Positions 1 through 9,116 of a stretch of 16,426 bases of DNA are shown piece after piece. A model generated the notes under the pieces. It saw nothing but the letters and a program-made list of their open reading frames with translations, did not search any database and was not told the DNA's origin. This DNA is from Pseudobdellovibrionaceae bacterium (lineage in GTDB: Bacteria; Bdellovibrionota; Bdellovibrionia; Bdellovibrionales; Bdellovibrionaceae), in assembly GCA_041288045.1 (NCBI GenBank), contig JBGGMM010000182.1, positions 1 through 16,426 of the forward strand, given 5' to 3'. The number at the start of each line of letters is the position of its first letter. Positions within the stretch are counted from its first letter, which is position 1. A program made the position numbers and the translations under genes.

Positions 1-42
1 ACAATCACAACGATGGCTTGCGGGATTGAATATCTTTTTTAA
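1..42 (+). CDS. 3' end (partial) of a probable outer-membrane beta-barrel protein
   Basis: Frame 1 reads TITTMACGIEYLF* with TAA at 40-42. The alternating pattern and terminal Y-x-F resemble a BamA beta-signal. The stop abuts the convergent protease stop at 43-45. Only 13 codons are visible. Confidence 0.45.
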   Translation, partial: TITTMACGIEYLF

Positions 43-885
43 TTATTGAAACCGGGCCTGCGCACCCATTTTTTCGGCCGCTTGGTTGAGAAAATCTTTT
101 TCGTGATTCGGATTTCCCCAAACACCTTGATGATGGCAGTCAGGATCTTCGTTTTTAGGTCCATGAGTGACCCCAACCAGATACATTTTATTTTCCACTG
201 TGAGATAGGCAGGGCCACCTGAATCCCCGTGGCAGCCACCAGATCCCTTGGTCTGATCAGTCACCAGGTGAAGTCCTTCGAACTGAGCCGAAACTTTGGT
301 CTGACGAAGAATTTCAGAATCGTCGATTGGGTCTTCTTGCACCAATCCATAACCTGCCAGCAGGACTTCGTAATTCTCCCCTTCTTTGATCGCTTTCATC
401 TGCTCATTGCTGAGCAAAGGAGCTGCTTGAAATCCCTCAGGCACAGGCTGCTCGATGCGAATCAGAGCCATGTCCTGGTCGTAATCAGAGATGCCGTAAA
501 GCGGATGGGAAACAAATTCTTTCACCTGACTGGTTTTGAATTTCGCCAAGACGTCGATTCGCTTTTCACTGTCCATTTGGTTTGTGAAGGACAAGGGCTG
601 AGCGCCAAAGGCAATTCGAAGATCTGTCGCTTCTGTATCTTCAACACAATGAGCAGCTGTCAGGATTAAATCTTCAGCCAAAATGGAAACTGTACAAATT
701 GGGATCCAGACATCACTGACATTCATGAGCAAGCGAGCTGTCATTGCATAGCTAGGGTCTGTTTCAGCAACAGGCTCGCCGTTGATGATCGCGGTTTGTT
801 GCCCACTGAGAGACGAGCTCATTCTTGAACCGCGGCATCCGACGAAAGCTAAAGTCAAAAAAAGAGGCAAAATTAGTTTTTTCAT
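43..885 (-). CDS. S1 (trypsin/chymotrypsin-fold) serine protease, predicted lipoprotein
   Basis: Start placed at ATG 885 (MKKLILP...) with AAGGGTG upstream. Lipobox-like FVGC, mature-type N-terminus IING, catalytic motifs TAAHC, DMALI and GDSGGP. Confidence 0.93.
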   Translation of the reverse strand: MKKLILPLFLTLAFVGCRGSRMSSSLSGQQTAIINGEPVAETDPSYAMTARLLMNVSDVWIPICTVSILAEDLILTAAHCVEDTEATDLRIAFGAQPLSFTNQMDSEKRIDVLAKFKTSQVKEFVSHPLYGISDYDQDMALIRIEQPVPEGFQAAPLLSNEQMKAIKEGENYEVLLAGYGLVQEDPIDDSEILRQTKVSAQFEGLHLVTDQTKGSGGCHGDSGGPAYLTVENKMYLVGVTHGPKNEDPDCHHQGVWGNPNHEKDFLNQAAEKMGAQARFQ

Positions 886-949
886 GAGCACCCTTTATTC
901 TGATCCCTGGAAAAAGCCAATCACCGAAGACCGAATAGCCAAGTGCAGT

Positions 950-981
950 AAATAAAAAGGGCCTGGATAAACCAGGCCCTT
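950..981 (-). terminator. Rho-independent terminator of groES-groEL
   Basis: Minus strand reads AAGGGCCTGG-TTTAT-CCAGGCCCTT-TTTATTT: a 10-bp perfect stem plus U tract, 37 nt after the groEL stop. Confidence 0.9.
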
Positions 982-1018
982 GCGAAAAATTCACATTCGA
1001 GCAGAAGCTCGGATGGCT

Positions 1019-2683
<1,665 letters not shown>

Positions 2684-2705
2684 TTAGTTTATTTAAAATT
2701 GAAGC

Positions 2706-3008
2706 TTAGTTAAAAACACCGAGGATATCTTCTTCGCGCATCATCAAATATTCTGCGCCTTCGAGTTTCAGCTCAGTTCCGGCATATTTGCTGAACAGAA
2801 CTTTGTCGCCCACTCGAACTTCCAAAGGGAGAGTTTTTCCATCTTCAGTCACGCGACCTTTGCCAGTGGCAACGATCTCACCTTTTTGCGGCTTTTCTTT
2901 TGCCGTGTCAGGGATGAAAAGTCCGCCAGCGGTTTTTTCTTCTTCCGCCATACGACGAACCAAAATGCGATCATGCAGAGGGCGTACACCCAATTCACTT
3001 TTAGCCAT
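2706..3008 (-). CDS. groES: Co-chaperonin GroES (Cpn10)
   Basis: [24 protein letters not shown] and EEDILG motifs. The start is ATG 3008 (MAKSELG), preceded by AGGAGG. The 13-codon extension in the ORF track is not supported. Confidence 0.98.
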   Translation of the reverse strand: MAKSELGVRPLHDRILVRRMAEEEKTAGGLFIPDTAKEKPQKGEIVATGKGRVTEDGKTLPLEVRVGDKVLFSKYAGTELKLEGAEYLMMREEDILGVFN

Positions 3009-3063
3009 TGATATCCTCCTCAATTGTAATAGGAATTTCGTAATCAAATTCGAAACGCCATCA

Positions 3064-3091
3064 ATATGGAGCGGCCCCCCAGCCTGTCAAG
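3064..3091 (-). promoter_or_regulatory. Heat-shock (RpoH/sigma32-like) promoter of groES-groEL, overlapping a sigma70-like -35
   Basis: Minus strand CTTGAC-N14-CTCCATAT versus the enterobacterial sigma32 consensus CTTGAA-N13-17-CCCCATNT. The -35 also reads TTGACA. It lies about 55 nt upstream of the groES ATG. Confidence 0.6.
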
Positions 3092-3178
3092 GTCGGAAAG
3101 ATAAATTTTTGAAAAGTGGCGGAATCCCAAGGGTTTAGGATTCTTTAAAAAGCTTGGATTTTAGGCTTAAAGACGAAC

Positions 3179-3664
3179 CTATTTGAATTGATCGCGGTTT
3201 TGGGTGGCGTGGACTGGCAAACGGGCTGGCGCCACGGCTTGCTGAGTGGGTCGAACCAGCTGTTCTGTTGGTGGAACGGGTCCCAGAGTGTTTGCATAGG
3301 CTTCCATCAGCTGCGCCACTTCTTTAGCGCTCATTTTTAAGGCAGCTTGTTGGAATCGGTCGGGGTTTGAATGCTGGGAAAGGTAAAGAACAAAATAATC
3401 AGTCACCGAAAGGTCTTTAGCGACCTCTAAATTCCATTTGATTTGATCCAACTGCTTTTCCAGATTTTCAAGATTCTTTTTATTCGGTTCACCATGGGCT
3501 CTTAGGATTTGGCTTTTGACCACAAGCATCTGATTGACGGCGGCTTGGATTTTATCGGTTCGCCATTCTTGGAAGCCCTTGACGGCATTGGCTATGCCCA
3601 CGCCAGTGGCAGAGCTTTGGATGGATAGACACAGACATAAAATCAAAAAAATTGCTTTCATCAT
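3179..3664 (-). CDS. Secreted hypothetical protein, helical, with Pro/Gln-rich C-terminal tail
   Basis: Signal-peptide-like N-terminus MMKAIFLILCLCLSIQSSA after GAGAAGG (start 3664 or 3661) and a short coiled coil LENLEKQLDQIKWNL. No family recognised. Confidence 0.8.
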   Translation of the reverse strand: MMKAIFLILCLCLSIQSSATGVGIANAVKGFQEWRTDKIQAAVNQMLVVKSQILRAHGEPNKKNLENLEKQLDQIKWNLEVAKDLSVTDYFVLYLSQHSNPDRFQQAALKMSAKEVAQLMEAYANTLGPVPPTEQLVRPTQQAVAPARLPVHATQNRDQFK

Positions 3665-3836
3665 AACCTTCTCACGTTCATCGAGACCGCCAGCCAGGAG
3701 TTCAAAAAGAAGGCCAGGGGTTTTCAAAGTTAATGAGAGATATAAGAGACTTCAGCTGTCAGTAAGATAGACAGAGCCGCCGGGAAAAGGCCTGTGGAAA
3801 GGCTTTGGCCAAATGGGAAAAGAATTCAATTCCTTC

Positions 3837-4922
3837 TTATTCAAAAACTTCATTGAGGCGAGTCGAATAGAAGCGAAGAGCTTTATCAAAAGCTTTGATC
3901 GACACTTCATTCGTGGTCTCCAAAAGCTCTTCAAGCAAAAGCTGAATGGCCCGATCTGGATTTCTTAAATTGAATTCGGTCAAAGCCAAGAAAACAGAGT
4001 ATGGGCGGTAATCTGGAAAGGCTGCCATCCCTTTTTGAAATACGGCTTTTGATTTTTCGTATTCGCCCAGAGAACGGTAAGTCGAACCTAAACCCAAGTA
4101 AGCTTCTTTCAAATCGTTATCGGAAAGGCCCAGCTCGATGGCTTGGTGATAATAGGGAACGGCTTCCTTTTCAGTGCGTTCTGCATCGCAAATGCAAGCC
4201 GCCAGATAATGAAGCTGACTGCTTTTGGGGAATTTTTCGAGAGCTGTTTGCAGCTCAGTCCAGGCGCGGTCCGACTGGCCCTCTCGTCTTAAAAGACCGA
4301 TGGCTCTCAAGCTTTCGTATTCGGGGAGATGGGCTTTTTCTAAAAGCGAAAGCATGTGCTTTTTAGTTTGCGGCCAGGACTGATCGGTCACTGAATAAAA
4401 AGTGTAATCGCGAACATCCTGATTGGCGTTGATTTTTCTTCGCGGTAAAAGCCCGTCAAAATGAAATCCCAGCCTTTCCACTGCTCGTTGAGAAGTGAAA
4501 TTTTCGGCGTCAATTCGAAATTCGACCCGGACCAATTGCAGAGTCTCAAAGCAGTACTGCAGAAGTGCGATTTTCGTTTCGGTGTTGACGTAGCCTCTTT
4601 GATATTTGGGATTGATCCAAGTGCCGCCGATTTCGATCATTTTATTTTGTGGCTCGACGTTCATGAAGTTGGTCACACCGAGAACCTCTGTTTCCTCGTG
4701 ATTGAGAAAAACCAGAGGATTGCCCATTTTGTTGACCCAAGTGATCTGCGCCTTCTCGTACATCCTTCGAATATCATCGGGTGTTTTGACTCCCCAGTTT
4801 CGAGCGTGAAAGGATCCTTCGTAGAGAAGGCTCTCTGCCAGCTTTTGCCAGGTGGTCGCCTGAAGGGGCCTGATTTTTGTGTGTTCGGTGTCGATTTGAA
4901 TCGGGTCAAAAATCGTTTTCAT
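3837..4922 (-). CDS. RimJ/RimL-type GNAT N-acetyltransferase fused to a C-terminal TPR (TPR_5-like) domain
   Basis: The N half has EIGGTW..PKYQR.YVNTE and RVEFRID.EN..SQRAVERLGF (Acetyltransf_3 pattern). The C half has TPR helices EAVPYYHQAIELGL...AYLGLGSTYRSLGEY...VFLALTEFNL. Confidence 0.88.
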   Translation of the reverse strand: MKTIFDPIQIDTEHTKIRPLQATTWQKLAESLLYEGSFHARNWGVKTPDDIRRMYEKAQITWVNKMGNPLVFLNHEETEVLGVTNFMNVEPQNKMIEIGGTWINPKYQRGYVNTETKIALLQYCFETLQLVRVEFRIDAENFTSQRAVERLGFHFDGLLPRRKINANQDVRDYTFYSVTDQSWPQTKKHMLSLLEKAHLPEYESLRAIGLLRREGQSDRAWTELQTALEKFPKSSQLHYLAACICDAERTEKEAVPYYHQAIELGLSDNDLKEAYLGLGSTYRSLGEYEKSKAVFQKGMAAFPDYRPYSVFLALTEFNLRNPDRAIQLLLEELLETTNEVSIKAFDKALRFYSTRLNEVFE

Positions 4923-4943
4923 GACCCCAGATAAATCACGAAA

Positions 4944-5357
4944 TTACTTTGGAAAGCAGCTTAAAACCACAGTCGCTAAGCGTCCATCCGGCAATTTGTA
5001 CATCGCGCCAGTAGCCATCGGCTTTGTGTCAGAATAAGGAATAGAACCTGCTGTCTGGGCCATATTGGTATTGATCAGATAAGAAAAAAATCCCGCTCGA
5101 TTTTCCAGGAACAAAGTGATCACTTCTTTTTTATCAGTAGGAATTAAAACCAGGCCTTGATCAGAAGAAAATCCATATCGCAAAACCTTAAGGTTTCCAT
5201 CGCTTTTCACGTCAAAATCGATCTGCAATAAATTTTCATTGCGAACTTCCAAATAGCTCTTTGTATGAGCTGATGACTCGACTGGAATGAGCAGACATTG
5301 GATTGCTGCCTTGGCTGAAAAAGAGGCCAAGCAGATGGCTGTGAAAACTGTTTTCAT
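4944..5357 (-). CDS. Secreted hypothetical protein (beta-rich, N- and C-terminal Cys)
   Basis: ATG 5357 after GGGGG, signal peptide MKTVFTAICLASFSAKA. It ends 21 nt upstream of the GNAT-TPR gene, so they are probably co-transcribed. Confidence 0.7.
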   Translation of the reverse strand: MKTVFTAICLASFSAKAAIQCLLIPVESSAHTKSYLEVRNENLLQIDFDVKSDGNLKVLRYGFSSDQGLVLIPTDKKEVITLFLENRAGFFSYLINTNMAQTAGSIPYSDTKPMATGAMYKLPDGRLATVVLSCFPK

Positions 5358-5683
5358 TTTGAAACCCCCGAGAAACAAACCAATAACAAATCTTCCCCAT
5401 TTACTCGGGCTAGTAAATATCAGGAAGAAGAAAGGTTCGCTACTTTTTGGGATCAGAGTTTTGGCTCTGTGAAGCCTTTACTGAAGTGATTAAATTTTTA
5501 ACGGATAAATAATTCAGAAAAAATCAAATCTCATATTGAGACGAGGCTTTTTTGGTGATCAAAATTTGGTCGTCACTGTCAATTTAGTTTTTGTGATTTC
5601 ACAGAGGAGAAATCAAATGTCCTGTCCACAGAATGGACAATGAAAAGTGAGTGAAGCTGTGCCTCGATTAGTTTGGTTGAGCT

Positions 5684-5692
5684 TGCTATTCT
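5684..5692 (+). promoter_or_regulatory. Extended -10 promoter (TGC-TATTCT) 6 nt before the ATG; probable leaderless transcript
   Basis: TGCTATTCT-AGCTCC-ATG(5699) with no SD. A weak -35 (TCGATT) sits at 17-nt spacing. Confidence 0.55.
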
Positions 5693-5698
5693 AGCTCC

Positions 5699-7687
5699 AT
5701 GAAAACACAAATCTTGAAAATTGGCGTTCTTTTCGTGGCTTCACTCGTTTCGCTTCAAGCTCTGGCTCAGAATTTGGTGAACAACCCTGGCTTTGAATCT
5801 GGAATGACGGACTGGGCGAACTGGGGCGGCAGCGCCGCTGTAACGGGGCAGGCTTATGCCGGCACCAGGTCGATCCGCACGGGCCCAGGCGCTGGCGGGG
5901 TTGGGCAGAATGTGCTCTCTCGTTTGACTGCTGGGAAATCTTATCGTTTGCAGGCCTATGCTCGCAGAAGTGCCTCTAGCGACTGGGCGGGGGTGGGGAT
6001 CAAATTCACATCTTCATCCGGTGCCGTTCTTTTGGATAAATCGGCAGTGGTGACTTCGGCGTCTTATACTTTACTCACTGTGGATTTCGTTGCACCTTCA
6101 GGGGCGACGGCTGCCAATGTTTATACTTGGAAAAATGGGACTGCCAGCTATCTTGATGTAGATCAATTCAATTTGGTGGCAACAACGACCACGGCGACAC
6201 CTGTTCCGACCGCCACAATTAAAATCATGCCGCTCGGGGATTCAATTACTTTTGGAATTGGCAGTGTCAATCGTGACAGTTATCGAAAGCCGCTTTATAC
6301 GCGCTTGAAAGCTGCTGGATACAATGTGGACTTTGTCGGTGCGCGGACCTCTGGTGTTTTTGCTGATACAAACAATGAAGGTCACTCCTACTACCGAATT
6401 GGCGACATCCTCGGTCTTGCTGATACTGTGATTGATCGTTATCAGCCGCATATTGTTCTTATTCACATTGGGACCAATGATATGTGGCAAAACGGGGATG
6501 AAAAATCTTTGGCACCTGGGCGCTTGCGAGAATTGATCCAGAGAATTGCCAAGCGCTCCCCTCGCACTCGAATGATTGTGGCTCAGATCATCCCATTTTC
6601 AAATGCCACCAATGACAACAATGTTGTCGCTTACAATGCGTCTGTGAAAACAGTGGTGGATTCTGAAAAAGCGGCGGGTCGCAATGTGGTGATGGTCAAT
6701 ATGCATTCGGCTTTGAATGCTTCGACGGATCTGGCGGATGGAACTCACCCCAATGACACTGGCTATGCGAAAATGGCCAATGTTTGGTATCCAGCTGTGG
6801 TCAGTCAGATCAATGCGCTGGGTGGAAATTTCAATTTGGGAACAGCGCTTGCGAAGAATGATGTTCTCAACAATGGATTTGAATCAGGTTTGACCTCTTG
6901 GACAAAGTGGGCTGGCACTGCCAGCATTGGAACTGTGGCTGGCGCAGGCCCCACTGCCAATGCGGCCCTTAAGATCAGTGGAACTTCTGGTGGTCTTCAC
7001 CAGTACTTGAATGTGGCGAAGCTTGTGCCCAATTCTCTTTACAGCATTTGTGCTTCTGGAAAAGTAGCCGCTGGTGAAAAAGGTGTTTTCGGATTGAGAA
7101 CAGCCAGCGGGTTTCAATTGGAAATTGCATTCACCAGCACGAGCTACACGTACAACTGCGCTCATGGCCGCTTGCCTGCGAATGTCAGTGGAGCTTACGT
7201 CTATGCTTCGAAGAGCGCGGGGGTTGGAGCTTATTACGTTGATAATCTCTCTGCCTCTGGTCAGCAGAACTATCTTTACAATCCAGGTTTTGAATCCGAC
7301 TTAGCTCCTGGGTCTTATTGGGCCACTTCGGGCAGCACAAGACTTAGTGGCTCCAACGATGGAAACCAAAAAACCGGTCACTTTGCGATGGTGATTGGAA
7401 CGGCCGCTGGTGTGCGCAAGCAAACAAACACTCTCTATCGGTCTGGCGGGCTGTATTCACTTTGCGCCTGGGGCCGGGTCCGCGCCAATGGCGAAACTGG
7501 AAAAGTCGTGGCGAACTTCGGTTCTGGTTCTACTCCCACTCTGACTTTCAACACCACGACCTACACTTACAAGTGTCTTCAAATGACAGCGCCATCAACC
7601 GCGACGACAGTCACGATTTCGGTGCAGAAGGATGCTGGTATCGGCAGTTACTTCTTTGCGGATGATGTGACCGTGTTTGCGAATTAG
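5699..7687 (+). CDS. Secreted SGNH/GDSL esterase with three CBM4/9-like carbohydrate-binding domains (CBM-linker-SGNH-CBM-CBM)
   Basis: Signal peptide ending ALA|Q. Three domains open with NPGFESG, NNGFESG and NPGFESD. Thr/Pro linker. SGNH blocks MPLGDSIT, IGTND and DGTHP. Confidence 0.9.
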   Translation: MKTQILKIGVLFVASLVSLQALAQNLVNNPGFESGMTDWANWGGSAAVTGQAYAGTRSIRTGPGAGGVGQNVLSRLTAGKSYRLQAYARRSASSDWAGVGIKFTSSSGAVLLDKSAVVTSASYTLLTVDFVAPSGATAANVYTWKNGTASYLDVDQFNLVATTTTATPVPTATIKIMPLGDSITFGIGSVNRDSYRKPLYTRLKAAGYNVDFVGARTSGVFADTNNEGHSYYRIGDILGLADTVIDRYQPHIVLIHIGTNDMWQNGDEKSLAPGRLRELIQRIAKRSPRTRMIVAQIIPFSNATNDNNVVAYNASVKTVVDSEKAAGRNVVMVNMHSALNASTDLADGTHPNDTGYAKMANVWYPAVVSQINALGGNFNLGTALAKNDVLNNGFESGLTSWTKWAGTASIGTVAGAGPTANAALKISGTSGGLHQYLNVAKLVPNSLYSICASGKVAAGEKGVFGLRTASGFQLEIAFTSTSYTYNCAHGRLPANVSGAYVYASKSAGVGAYYVDNLSASGQQNYLYNPGFESDLAPGSYWATSGSTRLSGSNDGNQKTGHFAMVIGTAAGVRKQTNTLYRSGGLYSLCAWGRVRANGETGKVVANFGSGSTPTLTFNTTTYTYKCLQMTAPSTATTVTISVQKDAGIGSYFFADDVTVFAN

Positions 7688-7694
7688 GAAAAAA

Positions 7695-7770
7695 TGGCTC
7701 AGGAGGAGGGACTCGAACCCCCGACCCAGCGGTTAACAGCCGCTTGCTCTACCGACTGAGCTACTCCTGA
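7695..7770 (-). tRNA. tRNA-Asn(GTT)
   Basis: 76-nt cloverleaf TCAGGAG...GCGGCT-GTT-AACCGC...GTTCGAGT...CTCCTGA-G-CCA with encoded CCA. Confidence 0.98.
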
Positions 7771-7806
7771 ACGTTCGGTAAACCCGCGAGATAACGCGGA
7801 AGTTTG

Positions 7807-7835
7807 AAACTATGAAAGCTGTCCCTTATTGTCAA
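7807..7835 (-). promoter_or_regulatory. sigma70 promoter of tRNA-Asn
   Basis: Minus strand TTGACA-N17-TAGTTT, about 36 nt upstream of the tRNA 5' end. Confidence 0.75.
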
Positions 7836-7846
7836 GGAGTCCCCGA

Positions 7847-8020
7847 TTATTTCCCGAACTCCACTTTGGCTGGAATGGGCTCGGCTTCGGCCGGTGGCTT
7901 GGGCTGAGCCGTGTTCATGAGCTGTGATCTTGCCCAAAAAATACCCACCAGCGCTAGCAAAAGTGCGGCGACCTTGATCCAAGGAAACTTCAGACTCTGA
8001 GGTTGTGTCTTTGAAAACAT
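7847..8020 (-). CDS. Small single-pass membrane protein, 57 aa (not in ORF track)
   Basis: Hand translation: MFSKTQPQSLKFPWIKVAALLLALVGIFWARSQLMNTAQPKPPAEAEPIPAKVEFGK*. One clean TM helix and a Pro-rich tail. It stops 11 nt before the tRNA-Asn -35 and is preceded by an extended -10. Confidence 0.72.
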   Translation of the reverse strand: MFSKTQPQSLKFPWIKVAALLLALVGIFWARSQLMNTAQPKPPAEAEPIPAKVEFGK

Positions 8021-8026
8021 AAGAAA

Positions 8027-8035
8027 ATGCTAGCA
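8027..8035 (-). promoter_or_regulatory. Extended -10 promoter (TGC-TAGCAT) 6 nt before the small-protein ATG
   Basis: Minus strand TGCTAGCAT-TTTCTT-ATG(8020). Upstream sequence is T-rich with no SD. Confidence 0.55.
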
Positions 8036-8248
8036 GAAATAAGAAAAAAAATAAGTGAAAAACCCATTCCCACAGAAGGTTAACAGCAAGAAAAGCCTGT
8101 TGCGGCGAGTCTTTCCGTCGGATCCTGCTCCTGCCCAAGTTCTTGACGGTGCCTAGCCAAATTTGTCCAAACAGGACTCCAAAACCAAAATATTGTTAAA
8201 GAGGTGGCATCCAGTTTGATGGATCCTTTCTAACCCGGAGGAATTCTC

Positions 8249-8875
8249 GTGAAAAAAACCGTCTTTATTTTAACCCTGATTGCTTCGATCTCTTCATTTG
8301 CTCAAAGCAATTCTCTTTCAACTAATATGTCCAAAACATCGTCTGGAAACTCTCAAAAAGGTTTCTACATAGGTGCCGACTATATGAATATCTCTGACGT
8401 TAAAATCGATTATTCATTCAGAGGTAACGGTCGGTCTGCGAGTGGTGACACTGTTGGCGGTACTCACATAGGCATGGGTGGCATTACGCTTGGCTACAAT
8501 AAAACCCCAGATCGTGGCTTTGGATTCAGCGCGGGCGCCCGCTTTCTTGAATCCTTTAATCGAAGTGAGTATGAAGATTGGAAAATACAGATGATCATTC
8601 CCGAAGCGAATCTGACCCTGGCTGTGAACAGTCTTCTTGTCATTTATGCAGGATTGAATTCGGCTGTTTTTACTGGTTCTTCATCTGCTGACCGACTCCA
8701 GAGTCGTCCCGGCTTTCAAAGTGGCTTGGGTTTTCGATTGACGAAGAATGTGGCCTGGAACGCGGGATATACAATTATCAATCAACATATTAACGATAAG
8801 TTAGAAATTGGAACAGCCGCCGAAGTGGACGTTCGCTATTCAGGATTCAACTCGAACTTGACCTACACATTTTAA
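8249..8875 (+). CDS. Outer-membrane beta-barrel protein (small OmpA/OMP_b-brl-like barrel)
   Basis: GTG start after GGAGG, signal peptide ending SFA|Q, amphipathic strands GFYIGADY, ITLGY and GLGFRL, C-terminal LTYTF beta-signal. Confidence 0.88.
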   Translation: MKKTVFILTLIASISSFAQSNSLSTNMSKTSSGNSQKGFYIGADYMNISDVKIDYSFRGNGRSASGDTVGGTHIGMGGITLGYNKTPDRGFGFSAGARFLESFNRSEYEDWKIQMIIPEANLTLAVNSLLVIYAGLNSAVFTGSSSADRLQSRPGFQSGLGFRLTKNVAWNAGYTIINQHINDKLEIGTAAEVDVRYSGFNSNLTYTF

Positions 8876-8895
8876 TTCACTCCCCACCGAAAAAC

Positions 8896-8929
8896 AAAAG
8901 GAGCCTCACAAGGGCTCCTTTTTATTTTT
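8896..8929. terminator. Bidirectional Rho-independent terminator between the OMP gene and tRNA-Arg
   Basis: AAAAGGAGCC-TCACAAG-GGCTCCTTTT, flanked by an A tract and a T tract. Confidence 0.88.
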
Positions 8930-8945
8930 GACCGAGAATGAAAAT

Positions 8946-9022
8946 TGGTGCGGACGGCAGGATTCGAACCTGCGACCACCTGATTCGTAGTCAGGTACTC
9001 TATCCAGCTGAGCTACGACCGC
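8946..9022 (-). tRNA. tRNA-Arg(ACG)
   Basis: 77-nt cloverleaf GCGGTCG...CCTGACT-ACG-AATCAGG...GTTCGAAT...CGTCCGC-A-CCA. One U:U mismatch in the acceptor stem. Confidence 0.97.
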
Positions 9023-9059
9023 ACATAAAGTCAAAAGCGCTAGGATCTAAAGAGGCGCC

Positions 9060-9089
9060 AAGATAGTCGAAAAGCCCCCCCAAAATCAA
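9060..9089 (-). promoter_or_regulatory. Probable sigma70 promoter of tRNA-Arg
   Basis: Minus strand TTGATT-N18-TATCTT followed by GC-rich GGCGCC (discriminator-like). Confidence 0.55.
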
Positions 9090-9116
9090 GGTTTTGCCAC
9101 GAAAAAGCAGGAGAGT

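Noticed and set aside
3785..3808. Weak hairpin after the GNAT-TPR gene
   Set aside because: Short bulged stem and short U run; not enough to call a terminator.
5763..5770. TGGCTCAG matching the tRNA-Asn 3' end (possible att site)
   Set aside because: Only 8 bp, inside a coding signal peptide, and it also occurs in gmhA. Expected by chance.
7761..8138. 125-aa minus-strand ORF with a hydrophobic patch
   Set aside because: TTG start without SD, and it runs through the tRNA-Asn promoter into the tRNA. The Phe run derives from a T tract. The 57-aa ORF in another frame explains the region better.
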